Shown here: piece by piece, positions 40,046 to 49,419 of the stretch
How positions within the stretch are numbered: position 1 is the stretch's first letter
Layout: every line of letters starts with the position of its first letter
Origin: Candidatus Omnitrophota bacterium
Lineage (GTDB): Bacteria > Omnitrophota > Gorgyraeia > Zapsychrales > Zapsychraceae
DNA length: 64,000 bases
Direction of reading: 5' to 3'
NCBI GenBank assembly: GCA_016214285.1
Contig: JACROV010000079.1
Coordinates: 6,855-70,854 of the forward strand
Notes under the pieces: generated by a model
Told to the model about the DNA's origin: nothing
Databases searched by the model: none
What the model saw: the letters and a program-made list of their open reading frames with translations, nothing else
Made by a program: the position numbers and the translations under genes

Positions 40046-40054
40046 GACTTTTTA

Positions 40055-40867
40055 TTACGTCCGTTCAGCGGTAATGGCCAGTGTCAGCACACCCACGGTC
40101 CCCGCCCCGGCGTCTTTGAGCACGCGTGCCGCTTCGGAGGCGGTCGCCCCGGTCGTCAACAGATCGTCGATGAGCAGTATGTTCTTGTGCTTGAGGTTGT
40201 TAAGTTTTCTTATTGTAAAAGCGCCCTTTATATTTGTCCAGCGTTGTTTTTCGTCCAGAAAGCTCTGGGGACCGGTATGGCGGACGCGCCGCAAATGATT
40301 CCCCTCCGGGGCCAGAGGAATCGAGAATTCCCTGGCGAGCTCTTGCGCCAGCAACTGGGCCTGGTTGTAGCCGCGTTCACGCGATCGGGTTGAAGATAAA
40401 GGGATAGGGACGATTGCGTCAAACTGCCCCGTATCGAGGCCGTATTCCTTAATAAAAGAGATCATCACTTCCGCGAAAAGGCGGCGCAATTGTGTTTTTT
40501 GGCCGTATTTGAACCGGTGGAGGAGGTCTTTAATCGGGTCTTCATAGAGACACGCGCTCCAGGCGAAATCGAACGAGGGTCCGGCTTTGCGGCATTCTTT
40601 GCAGATGTTTGTGGCAGATATTCCAAGATGCCGGGAACATTTGCGGCAAAATGGCGGGCGGTTGAACACGATTGCGGCGCGGCACGGCGGACAGACTCCG
40701 GACCCAGGGGGATGCGCGGTATAGTGGGTCGAACAGACAAGACAGTGCGGGGGATAGACCAGATGACCCAGACCTTGTACGAGGTCCTTGAACACGGGCG
40801 TATCGTAACATCTCAAGCCACAAGTGTCAAACCGGATTTTTTGTTGGCCATAGGTTATGGCCAACAA
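40055..40867 (-). CDS. comF: ComF-family phosphoribosyltransferase (competence protein ComFC-like)
   Basis: N-terminal Cys4 zinc finger and a C-terminal PRTase motif LLIDDLLTTGATA. Confidence 0.8.
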   Translation of the reverse strand: MLAITYGQQKIRFDTCGLRCYDTPVFKDLVQGLGHLVYPPHCLVCSTHYTAHPPGSGVCPPCRAAIVFNRPPFCRKCSRHLGISATNICKECRKAGPSFDFAWSACLYEDPIKDLLHRFKYGQKTQLRRLFAEVMISFIKEYGLDTGQFDAIVPIPLSSTRSRERGYNQAQLLAQELAREFSIPLAPEGNHLRRVRHTGPQSFLDEKQRWTNIKGAFTIRKLNNLKHKNILLIDDLLTTGATASEAARVLKDAGAGTVGVLTLAITAERT

Positions 40868-41085
40868 CCCTCACGTTTGTTTCGTTTTGTTCATCAAAAA
40901 CTCAAAACGAAACAGTGAGGGTAGTCATCCCCCGATCGATGTTCTATAAAAGTTGAAAGGGGGATTTCTTAAGGGGTATTTTTTAGGGTATTTTTTATGA
41001 TTTGAACAAAATTGTTTTTCGTGTAGAATATGGGCAAGAATTTATCCTCCCCCGCCGATTCCCCCTCCAGCAGAAAGGGAAGACT

Positions 41086-41793
41086 ATGCATCCGCCGCAA
41101 AAATATCCGACGGCCATTTGCCATTGGCCAAAAGAAGACCGCCCGCGGGAAAAAATGATGCAATATGGAGAGCAGGCCTTAAGCAATTCCGAACTCCTCG
41201 CCATCTTGCTCCGCACCGGCACCAAAGGCCAAAGCGCGCTGGACCTCGCCCGAAAAGTCATACACAAATTTCAAACCTTCCGGAACATGAGCCACACCGA
41301 CACGCGCGATTGGCTGGAGTTTAAGGGCGTCGGAACCGCCAAAATCGCCCAGATCAAAGCCGCGCTTGAAATCGGCCGCCGTTTTCGTGAAGACGAAACC
41401 CGTCTCGAGCGCCCGCAAATCAAATCCGCGAAAGACGTCGTTGAAATCCTGATGCCCCAGATGCGAGATCTTAAAAAGGAAGTCTTCAAAGTCGCATTCC
41501 TCAATTCCCAAAACCGTATCATTGCCATCGAAGATATGGAGGAAGGCACCGTCAACCACGCCGCGCCCATCATCCGCGAAATCTTCCAGCACGCCCTGCA
41601 GCATTTTGCGGTGTCGATTATCTGTGTTCACAATCATCCTTCCGGAGACACGAAGCCAAGCCCAGAGGATCAAATGTTCACCCAGAAATTAATGGAATCT
41701 GGCCAAGCATTAGATGTCAAAATTACGGACCACATTATCCTCGGCAATGGTCGATACTTTGCTTTTGTGGACGATCTGAACGCCATAGTATAG
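41086..41793 (+). CDS. radC: RadC-family JAB/MPN domain protein
   Basis: UPF0758 N-terminal helix-hairpin-helix and JAMM motif HNHPSG. Confidence 0.85.
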   Translation: MHPPQKYPTAICHWPKEDRPREKMMQYGEQALSNSELLAILLRTGTKGQSALDLARKVIHKFQTFRNMSHTDTRDWLEFKGVGTAKIAQIKAALEIGRRFREDETRLERPQIKSAKDVVEILMPQMRDLKKEVFKVAFLNSQNRIIAIEDMEEGTVNHAAPIIREIFQHALQHFAVSIICVHNHPSGDTKPSPEDQMFTQKLMESGQALDVKITDHIILGNGRYFAFVDDLNAIV

Positions 41794-41842
41794 TAGGTAA
41801 AATATTGACTCTTTACCTACTTTATGATATATTTTACCCACT

Positions 41843-44623
41843 ATGAATGAATCGCAAACCCGTAAAGAATATATTAACAAAGCCTTGGCCAGGGCCCAAT
41901 GGACCCCCAATGGGTCCTGCCGGTACACCGAAGAATTTGAAATGGACAAGGTTTGGAGTTCCGGCATTGCCGAACCAACGACACCCTATGGCGCAAGCCA
42001 TGAATATGCCGATTATTTATTGCTTGGACGTGATGAACAACCGCTCGCCATTGTTGAAGCTAAAAGAACCACTAAAAATGCGCGCATAGGCCAGCAGCAA
42101 GCCAAGGGCTACGCCGAAAATATCAAAGCCAAATTCGGCATCGAACCATTTATATTTCTGACCAACGGAGAAGATATTTTATTTTGGGACCGCCAGCGAT
42201 ATCCTCCCCGCCTTGTTTACGGATTTTTTGAACGAAGGGATTTAGAGCGGCTCTATTTCCAACGACAGGAAGCCGCCCAAAATTTTTCCGGCATCAAAAT
42301 CAATCCCGAGATCGCTGATCGCGATTATCAAGCTGAAGCCATCCGTACCGTATTAACGGGAATACAAAACGGCCGCCGCAAGTTTCTATTAGTCATGGCC
42401 ACGGGTACCGGAAAAACGCGTACGACCATGGCCATCATCGATTGTCTTTTAAGAGCCAAGCGCATTAATACCGTTTTATTCTTAACAGACCGTAAAGTCC
42501 TTCGTGATCAGGCCTACGGTAAAAAAGGATATCAGGGATTTTTCAGCGAAAGTTGCGGTAGAATTACATCCGGAAAATTTAACGCGGAAAAGCGTCTTTA
42601 CGCGGCCACCATCCAGACGATGATGGAGTGTTACAAAGACATTTCGCCGGGTTTCTTTGATCTGGTGATTGCGGATGAGTGCCATCGCTCCATTTACAAC
42701 AAATGGAAAGATGTTTTATCCTATTTTGATGCCCTTCAGATTGGCCTGACCGCCACACCTGCCCAGTTTATTGAAAGAGATACCTTCCGTTATTTTGAAG
42801 TGGACTTAAAAAATCCTAAAGACAACCTTTTTAATTATTCGTATGAAAAGGCTGTTGATGAAAAACATTTACTTCCCTTTGTTCCCTACCACGCCAAAAC
42901 GTCTTTTCAGATCAAGGGGCTGCGAGAAGACGAAATCCCTCTGGCAGTTAAAAAGAAATTAGTAGAAGAGGGCAAAACCCTCGATGAATTAAACTTCGAA
43001 GGAACCGAGTTTGAAAAACGCTTTACCAATACCGGCACCCACGAGGCCATGGTCCGGGAATTTATGGAGGTTTGTTATAAAGACGATACCGGAACGTTGC
43101 CCGGTAAAACCATCATCTTTGCGATGACGAAGAATCACGCTTACCGCTTATTGGATGCCTTTGATCAGCTCTATCCCCAGTATAAGGGAAGACTCGCCGA
43201 GGTTATCGTTTCCGAAGATTCGCGGGCGGATAATTTTCTTGGGCGTTTTGAAAATGACAGCTATCCCAGGATCGCTATCTCGGTGGACATGCTCGACACG
43301 GGTATCGATATCAGAGAAGTTACCAATTTGGTCTTTGCCAAACCGGTCTTCAGCAAGATCAAATTCTGGCAGATGATCGGCCGCGGGACACGCACCCTCG
43401 ACAAGAACAATATGAAGCTCTGGTGCCCGCAGAAAGAGAATTTTTTGATCATCGATCACTGGAATAATTTCGAATATTTCGGCGAGAAACCGGAAGGAGA
43501 AGTCCCTCCCATGGAGGACGCCGTTACCTCGCGCGTGTTTAAAGTCAAAGTTAACCGTTTACGGTTTTACCTTCATCGCTTGGATCAGAAAGAAATCGAA
43601 GGCGTCAAAAAAGAGCTGCGAGATATGATCGCAAAACTCCCCCAGGATTCCATCAGCGTTAAAGAAAGAAAAGATGTCCTACAAAGACTGGCGAGTCCTC
43701 AATTCTGGACCAATGTGGATACCGACTATTTGTATGATCACGTGGCCCCTTTGATGCGTTTTTTGGAAGATATCAATTACAACGAATATTCCTTTATTCT
43801 GAAGTGTGAACAGCTTGAACTGGCATTTCTTAATAAAGATGAGCGCAGAATTCTTGATCTCAAAGACGCTGTTAAAGACGATTTGCAATTGTTGCCCATG
43901 ACGCTTCAAGTCGTCAAGCGTGAACAAGAAACGGTCTTCAAGACCGCCTCTGACGCCTTTTGGAGTGGTCTTTCGATCGAAGGCATCCGTGAGGCCAAAC
44001 AAAAATTGTCGCCAATTATGAAATATAAACGCCAGAATCCGCGTGAAATCATTCAATTCGATCTGGATGACCAGATCATTGAGCGCAAATGGATCGAGTT
44101 CGGGCCCAACGGCGAAGGGGCGTATGTCCACATTTATAAAGAAAAGGTCGAAAGGCGGGTCAAAGAATTGGCGGATAAAGAGTCGGCCATTATTAAGATC
44201 TGTAATGATGAACCGGTCAATGACCATGACCTGGAGGCCCTCGAAAATACTTTGAACGGGCCGGAGCTGTATATCACGGAAGATAAATTACGTGAGGCCT
44301 ACAGCCAGCCGTCGGGGACTTTGGTTCAATTTATTAAATCAATTTTCGGCAAATACAAATTTAAAAGTCAGGAAGACCAGATCGCCGAAAGCTTTGACGC
44401 GTTTATCATTGCGCACAATTACAATACCGACCAGACGCGTTTTTTGCGCGTCATCAAAAGTGTATTCCTGGCCAAGATCCGCCGCCATGAATTGCTGGAA
44501 ATCGACGATTTCTACGAAGGGCCGGTGAAGGAATTAGGCGGAGACATCGCCGACCACCTTTTTTCGAAGCAACAAATGGATGAAGTTATTGAATTCTGCA
44601 ATGAGCGGGTACTGGTGAAATGA
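41843..44623 (+). CDS. hsdR: Type I restriction enzyme R subunit
   Basis: HSDR_N nuclease domain, SF2 helicase motifs (MATGTGKT, DECHRS) and a C-terminal domain. AT-rich. Confidence 0.85.
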   Translation: MNESQTRKEYINKALARAQWTPNGSCRYTEEFEMDKVWSSGIAEPTTPYGASHEYADYLLLGRDEQPLAIVEAKRTTKNARIGQQQAKGYAENIKAKFGIEPFIFLTNGEDILFWDRQRYPPRLVYGFFERRDLERLYFQRQEAAQNFSGIKINPEIADRDYQAEAIRTVLTGIQNGRRKFLLVMATGTGKTRTTMAIIDCLLRAKRINTVLFLTDRKVLRDQAYGKKGYQGFFSESCGRITSGKFNAEKRLYAATIQTMMECYKDISPGFFDLVIADECHRSIYNKWKDVLSYFDALQIGLTATPAQFIERDTFRYFEVDLKNPKDNLFNYSYEKAVDEKHLLPFVPYHAKTSFQIKGLREDEIPLAVKKKLVEEGKTLDELNFEGTEFEKRFTNTGTHEAMVREFMEVCYKDDTGTLPGKTIIFAMTKNHAYRLLDAFDQLYPQYKGRLAEVIVSEDSRADNFLGRFENDSYPRIAISVDMLDTGIDIREVTNLVFAKPVFSKIKFWQMIGRGTRTLDKNNMKLWCPQKENFLIIDHWNNFEYFGEKPEGEVPPMEDAVTSRVFKVKVNRLRFYLHRLDQKEIEGVKKELRDMIAKLPQDSISVKERKDVLQRLASPQFWTNVDTDYLYDHVAPLMRFLEDINYNEYSFILKCEQLELAFLNKDERRILDLKDAVKDDLQLLPMTLQVVKREQETVFKTASDAFWSGLSIEGIREAKQKLSPIMKYKRQNPREIIQFDLDDQIIERKWIEFGPNGEGAYVHIYKEKVERRVKELADKESAIIKICNDEPVNDHDLEALENTLNGPELYITEDKLREAYSQPSGTLVQFIKSIFGKYKFKSQEDQIAESFDAFIIAHNYNTDQTRFLRVIKSVFLAKIRRHELLEIDDFYEGPVKELGGDIADHLFSKQQMDEVIEFCNERVLVK

Positions 44624-45660
44624 AATCTTTTTCCGATCAATATTTAAACAGAATACGTATCACGCCGCAATTGTTGAGCCTCACGAACGCCTTGTCAGAG
44701 TATAAGGGGAAGGAGGTGTTATATACGCGGCAATCTCCCGATGTCTTGGAGAAGCTCGTCGAGCGGGCTAAAGTGGAAAGCGTCGAATCATCCAATCGTA
44801 TAGAGGGAATTAACGTGAAACACGATCGTGTCGTTGATATCGTCGAACAGCAATCAACGCCGCGCAATCGTCCTGAAGAAGAGGTGGCTGGTTATCGGGA
44901 CGCCCTGGAGTACATTCATGAGAATCACAAGGCCATCCCGGTTGCGCTCAATACGGTATCTTTGTTTCACCAGTTTTTATACAAGAACACCAATCAGACC
45001 GGAGGTGAGTTTAAGTGGGAGGATAATTTGATTATCGACCGGCTCAAGGATGGAACCGAGCGGGTACGTTTCCGTCCGCCTCCGGCCAGCCAAACATATC
45101 TTTATGTACATGAGCTGATGAACGCCTACAAATTTGTATCCAGCCAGCGTAATCTTTCGCCCTTGATATCGATTCCGCTTTTTATCCTGGATTATTTATG
45201 CATCCACCCTTTTAAGGACGGCAATGGGCGCACGGCGCGTTTGTGGGCGCTTTTGCTTTTGTATCACGCCGGTTACAGTGTCGGCAAGTACATCAGTCTG
45301 GAAAGGATTATTGAGCAAAGCAAGGAAACGTACTATGAGTCATTGGAGCGATCATCGCAAGGCTGGCATGACGAGAAGCATAATGTTGAGCCGTGGCTGC
45401 ATTATTTTTGCGGGGTATTGATCGCGGCGTACAAGGAGTTTGAGTCGCGGGTTGGGGTATTCCGCGAAGAGAGCACAAAAACCGGCCAGATTAAAACATA
45501 CGTCAATAAAGCGGTCATTCCTTTTTCTATTTCTGATGTTGAGCAGGCATGCCCCAATATCAGCCGGGATATGATCCGTTTGGTGTTGCGTGAGTTGCGC
45601 AATTCAGGAACAATTTATACTACGGGAAAAGGTCGTGGGGCAAAATGGGTAAAGAAATAG
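44620..45660 (+). CDS. Fic/DOC family protein embedded in the type I RM operon
   Basis: Fic motif HPFKDGNGRTARL and a C-terminal wHTH. 4-nt overlap with hsdR. Confidence 0.8.
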   Translation: MKSFSDQYLNRIRITPQLLSLTNALSEYKGKEVLYTRQSPDVLEKLVERAKVESVESSNRIEGINVKHDRVVDIVEQQSTPRNRPEEEVAGYRDALEYIHENHKAIPVALNTVSLFHQFLYKNTNQTGGEFKWEDNLIIDRLKDGTERVRFRPPPASQTYLYVHELMNAYKFVSSQRNLSPLISIPLFILDYLCIHPFKDGNGRTARLWALLLLYHAGYSVGKYISLERIIEQSKETYYESLERSSQGWHDEKHNVEPWLHYFCGVLIAAYKEFESRVGVFREESTKTGQIKTYVNKAVIPFSISDVEQACPNISRDMIRLVLRELRNSGTIYTTGKGRGAKWVKK

Positions 45661-45723
45661 GGTAAAAAGCCTATTAAGTAGGTAATTTTATATATAAATA
45701 CCCTATTTTTATGGAGGATATTC

Positions 45724-47223
45724 ATGTTAAATCCTGAACTCAAGTCACAAATCCGCCGTTTATGGAACAAATTCTGGGAAGGGGGAATTGCCAATCCCCT
45801 GACCGCCATCGAGCAGATGTCCTATCTGATATTTATGAAGCGCTTGGAAGACATGGACTTCCAGCACAAAAAGGCGGCCGATCGGCGCAATGAAAAATAT
45901 GTTTCCATTTATAAAGGGCAGGAAAACTGCCGCTGGTCTTACTGGATCAATATGCCGGCCGAAGAAATGATCGCCCACGTGCGCGACAAGGTATTTCCCT
46001 TTATCAAGACATTAAAAGACGACGATCATCATTTCAGTCAGTCTATGAAAGACGCGGTCTTTATGATTCCCCGGCCTTCCCTGTTGCAGGAATCCGTGCG
46101 CATCATTGATGAGCTCAATATTACCCAGCAAAATCAGGATACCCAGGGAGATCTTTATGAATATCTTTTAAGCGAACTGAAAACCTCCGGCAAGAACGGC
46201 CAATTCCGCACGCCGCGGCATATTATCCGGATGATCGTGGAATTGGTCAATCCCGTCTTGGGTGACCGGATCTGTGACCCGGCCTGTGGCACCGCCGGAT
46301 TTTTGATCAACGCCTACCAGCATATCCTCAAAGAAAATACCTCGCCCGATGTTCTGGAAGTGGATGAAGACGGCGTACCGCACCATCTGGTGGGGGATAA
46401 GATCACGGATAAGAAACAGCGCGCGTTCTTGAAGGAAAAAGCCCTGCACGGGTTTGATTTTGACACGACCATGGTGCGGATCGCCTTGATGAACGCCGTC
46501 TTGCACGGCATCGACAAACCCAATATCCGCTACACGGATACGCTGTCTAAGACTTACGAAGAAAAAGAAAAATATGAGATCGTGCTGGCCAATCCGCCGT
46601 TTAAAGGCAGTATCGACAAAAGCGATATCTCCGATCGGCTGAAGCTCAAGACCACCAAGACCGAGCTTTTGTTCATGAATCTTTTTGTGGAATTGCTGGT
46701 TACCGGCGGCAAATGCGGGGTCATTGTCCCGGACGGTGTTTTGTTCGGCTCCTCCAACGCGCACAAAGAGGCCCGTACAATGCTGGTCGAGGAAAACGAA
46801 CTGCAGGGCATCATCAAAATGCCCTCCGGCGTCTTCAAACCTTACGCCGGTGTTTCGACCGCGGTGGTGATCTTCGCCAAAGGCGGCACAACTGATAAGG
46901 TCTGGTTCTACGACATGCAGGCCGACGGCTTTTCGCTGGATGACAAACGTACCAAAACCCCGGACAAAAACGACATCCCCGACATCATTGCCCAGTGGAA
47001 CGCCCGTGACAAAAAGAAATCACCCTGCAAAGGCGAGAAGTGGTTCTGGGTGGATGCGAAAGAAATCCGTGAAAACAAATATGACCTCTCCATCTCCCGC
47101 TACAAACCGGTGGAGTATGAGGAAGTGCAGTATGACTCGCCCCAAGCGATCCTAGCCAAAACCACAGCCCTCGAGGCTGAAATCGCGGGGGAAATTAAAG
47201 AAATTGAGGCATTGTTGAAATGA
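45724..47223 (+). CDS. hsdM: Type I restriction-modification N6-adenine DNA methyltransferase M subunit
   Basis: HsdM N-terminal domain, AdoMet site (DPACGTAGFL) and catalytic NPPF motif. Confidence 0.9.
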   Translation: MLNPELKSQIRRLWNKFWEGGIANPLTAIEQMSYLIFMKRLEDMDFQHKKAADRRNEKYVSIYKGQENCRWSYWINMPAEEMIAHVRDKVFPFIKTLKDDDHHFSQSMKDAVFMIPRPSLLQESVRIIDELNITQQNQDTQGDLYEYLLSELKTSGKNGQFRTPRHIIRMIVELVNPVLGDRICDPACGTAGFLINAYQHILKENTSPDVLEVDEDGVPHHLVGDKITDKKQRAFLKEKALHGFDFDTTMVRIALMNAVLHGIDKPNIRYTDTLSKTYEEKEKYEIVLANPPFKGSIDKSDISDRLKLKTTKTELLFMNLFVELLVTGGKCGVIVPDGVLFGSSNAHKEARTMLVEENELQGIIKMPSGVFKPYAGVSTAVVIFAKGGTTDKVWFYDMQADGFSLDDKRTKTPDKNDIPDIIAQWNARDKKKSPCKGEKWFWVDAKEIRENKYDLSISRYKPVEYEEVQYDSPQAILAKTTALEAEIAGEIKEIEALLK

Positions 47224-47302
47224 AGCTGACTTCATGAAAAAAGAATGAGAATGCGAGATCGGTTCAGGGAGCAGATGAGAAGATAAATGTCTTATATTTT
47301 AC

Positions 47303-48619
47303 CAGTACTGTCCGGTTATAAGTTGAACATTGTCAATTGTTTATCGTTCTCAACGTTCTGGCCGTCGATATTAGTTTCTGTAAGTGCTTGCAATATAGGC
47401 GTTTTGTCGAAAATGGTCACGCTCAAAATTTGTAAAATTGTGTAAAGACTCGGTTTGAGGTTGAGACGTTTTTTGATAATGGCTACGAGCACGTAAACCG
47501 AGATTGCGATCCAGACCTGCGTCTTGACGGCGTTTTGCGATGTCCCGAAGAAAGCCTTGATGCGCAAATGCTGTTTGATCCAACGGAAAAAGAGTTCGAC
47601 TTTCCAACGGCATTTGTAAAGTTGTGCTACGGTAATCGCGTCGACATCGAAATTGTTGGTCAGGAAGGTAAAACGTTTTTTGGTCTCGGAATCGAAAAAT
47701 TTGATCAGACGAAGCTGTTCCGGATAATCTTTGGCTGATTGCACACCGGTTAAAAGAATTGTTTGATCGCACCGTAATCCTGTTGCTTTGTTGACTGGGC
47801 GCGAATAAAGACGCCGGTATTGTGTGTTGGATTTGATCCGGGTAATAAATGTCGCGCGCGCCTGATGTATAGTATACAAACGCGCAAAGTCGAGATACCC
47901 GCGGTCCATGATGTAGAACGATCCGGCTTCGAGGAACAGGATGTCCAGAACGTTTACATCCGCGACTTTTCCGTCGGTGATATTGATAAATGACGGGATT
48001 GGCCCGCGTAGATCCAAAAGCGTGTGAAGCTTGATCGCGCCCTTGCTCTTTCGAAAATGCGCCCATGGAAAAAGCGACAGACACAGGTCGATGGTTGTTG
48101 AGTCCAGCGCATAAACTGTATTTTCCAAATCGACCCCGAACGAATCTTCGCGATAAAGTTCGCGGGCTTGATGGATCAGAACCTGCGCGAAGTCTGCGTA
48201 AATGTGCCAGTCGCGATTCTCGTTGGCATCGGCCAATGTGCTTTTGGATATTGAGCCGCGAATGCCCATGTGATAAAGTTTCGGCTGCATGAATCGCAAG
48301 CACGCGGTGATGTCGCGCAAACTCTCGCGATAAGTCAATTGCGCAAAGCTCATGCACAAAAATTGATCCATGCACGAAAAATTCTTGATCCTGTAGTCGC
48401 CTTGATGCCGCGCAACACATTTGCGGAATTCGTGCAGTGGCAAGAATTCCATGACTTGAGAAAAGATTGTTTTTCCCGTGTTCATTGGACGCTCCTTTGT
48501 TGGTAGGAGCGCCAAAATAACACGCATTTGAATTCAAATCGATTAAAAGGTTTTTATGCATAACATAATAAAAATTATAGAGTTACAAAATTCAATTAAA
48601 AGTTAACCGGACACTACTG
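47303..48619 (-). mobile_element. Intact IS4-family insertion sequence (~1.32 kb) with imperfect terminal IRs and a 9-bp target-site duplication ATATTTTAC
   Basis: Left end CAGTACTGTCCGGTTA.., right end ..TAACCGGACACTACTG. Direct repeats atattttac at 47294-47302 and 48620-48628. Single DDE transposase ORF. Confidence 0.85.
47316..48527 (-). CDS. IS4-family DDE transposase
   Basis: IS4-type N-terminus (MNTGKTIFSQVMEFLP..FSCMDQFLCMSFAQLTYRESLRDI) and DDE residues (LDSTTID, IMDRGY, KVELFFRWIKQ). The alternative start M15 gives a 48485 end. Confidence 0.85.
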   Translation of the reverse strand: MRVILALLPTKERPMNTGKTIFSQVMEFLPLHEFRKCVARHQGDYRIKNFSCMDQFLCMSFAQLTYRESLRDITACLRFMQPKLYHMGIRGSISKSTLADANENRDWHIYADFAQVLIHQARELYREDSFGVDLENTVYALDSTTIDLCLSLFPWAHFRKSKGAIKLHTLLDLRGPIPSFINITDGKVADVNVLDILFLEAGSFYIMDRGYLDFARLYTIHQARATFITRIKSNTQYRRLYSRPVNKATGLRCDQTILLTGVQSAKDYPEQLRLIKFFDSETKKRFTFLTNNFDVDAITVAQLYKCRWKVELFFRWIKQHLRIKAFFGTSQNAVKTQVWIAISVYVLVAIIKKRLNLKPSLYTILQILSVTIFDKTPILQALTETNIDGQNVENDKQLTMFNL

Positions 48620-49276
48620 ATATTTTACTGGATGAATCTGGAGACTTGGGCTTCGATTTTAGTCGAAAAGGGACGACAAATTATTTTCTTGTCACTTTCC
48701 TTAAATTATGTGACAAATATTCTGCTGGACAGGATATTTACCAGAAAGCTGGTCCCGGTCGATCAAGAAATTGTGTTTATTGCTTCCAAGAGGGAGACAA
48801 ACGCGTTCTTAAACGAGAATTTTAGAAACTACCTCAAAGGTCAAGCGCTCAATACCCATAAGGTTAGATTGCACATTGAGATTAAGACGCCTTCAGAGGA
48901 GAAGGCGTTACAGGCGGTAGATTTTATTAGTTGGGCGGTTTTTAGAAAACACGAGTATCAGGACGGGTCTTATTACGACATGGTAAAAAAGAAAATCGTT
49001 GAAGAAAATCCTTTGTTCCCTTAGAAATGGTAAAGCCTCATTCGCTATTTACGAGGTGCCATTCCGGTACCCCACGAATGAGGACTTACTTACCACAGTA
49101 ACAATCAAAATTTTTGACCGCCCCGACTACTCTTGCGAGAGGGCCCCATGGGCCCTTGTCATTAAGGCGGAACCTTTAAATTTGCGACCGGGGAAACCCC
49201 GATCCACCTCCAATTGCTTGAATTGCTTTAAGTATAGTTTATGTGTGTGTATGTGTCAAGGTTTCATTCAAAGAAG

Positions 49277-49310
49277 AGCCCTCGAGGCTGAAATCGCGGG
49301 GAAATTAAGG
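49277..49310 (+). repeat. Duplicate of the hsdM 3'-end sequence (agccctcgaggctgaaatcgcgggg.aaattaa) immediately upstream of hsdS
   Basis: 34/36 identity with 47166-47201 (hsdM codons ...ALEAEIAGEIKE). Both hsdM and hsdS junctions also share ttgaaATGAAG. Confidence 0.6.
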
Positions 49311-49419
49311 AATAGGGTTATGCCTTTGATGAACAGTGCAACAGGATTTCGTGCCCATCGTATGCTGGAAGTGGTAGTCAAGGGCATAACCCTATTAAGG
49401 AAAATGAGAAATTATTGAA

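Larger units (their letters stand above)
47287..49024 (+). pseudogene. DUF3800-family gene disrupted by an IS insertion after codon 5, plus an internal frameshift
   Basis: With the IS removed the gene reads MSYILLDESGDLGFDF... (DUF3800 N-terminal signature). It continues at 48629 and shifts into the frame of listed ORF 48632..49024. Confidence 0.55.

Noticed and set aside
47371-48561. 396-aa alternative-frame ORF on the minus strand within the IS.
   Set aside because: It is an overlapping frame of the IS4 transposase gene, and only the 403-aa frame has transposase motifs.
48999-49418. 139-aa ORF in the hsdS upstream spacer.
   Set aside because: It covers hairpins and the duplicated hsdM fragment. 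It has no RBS and no recognisable motif.
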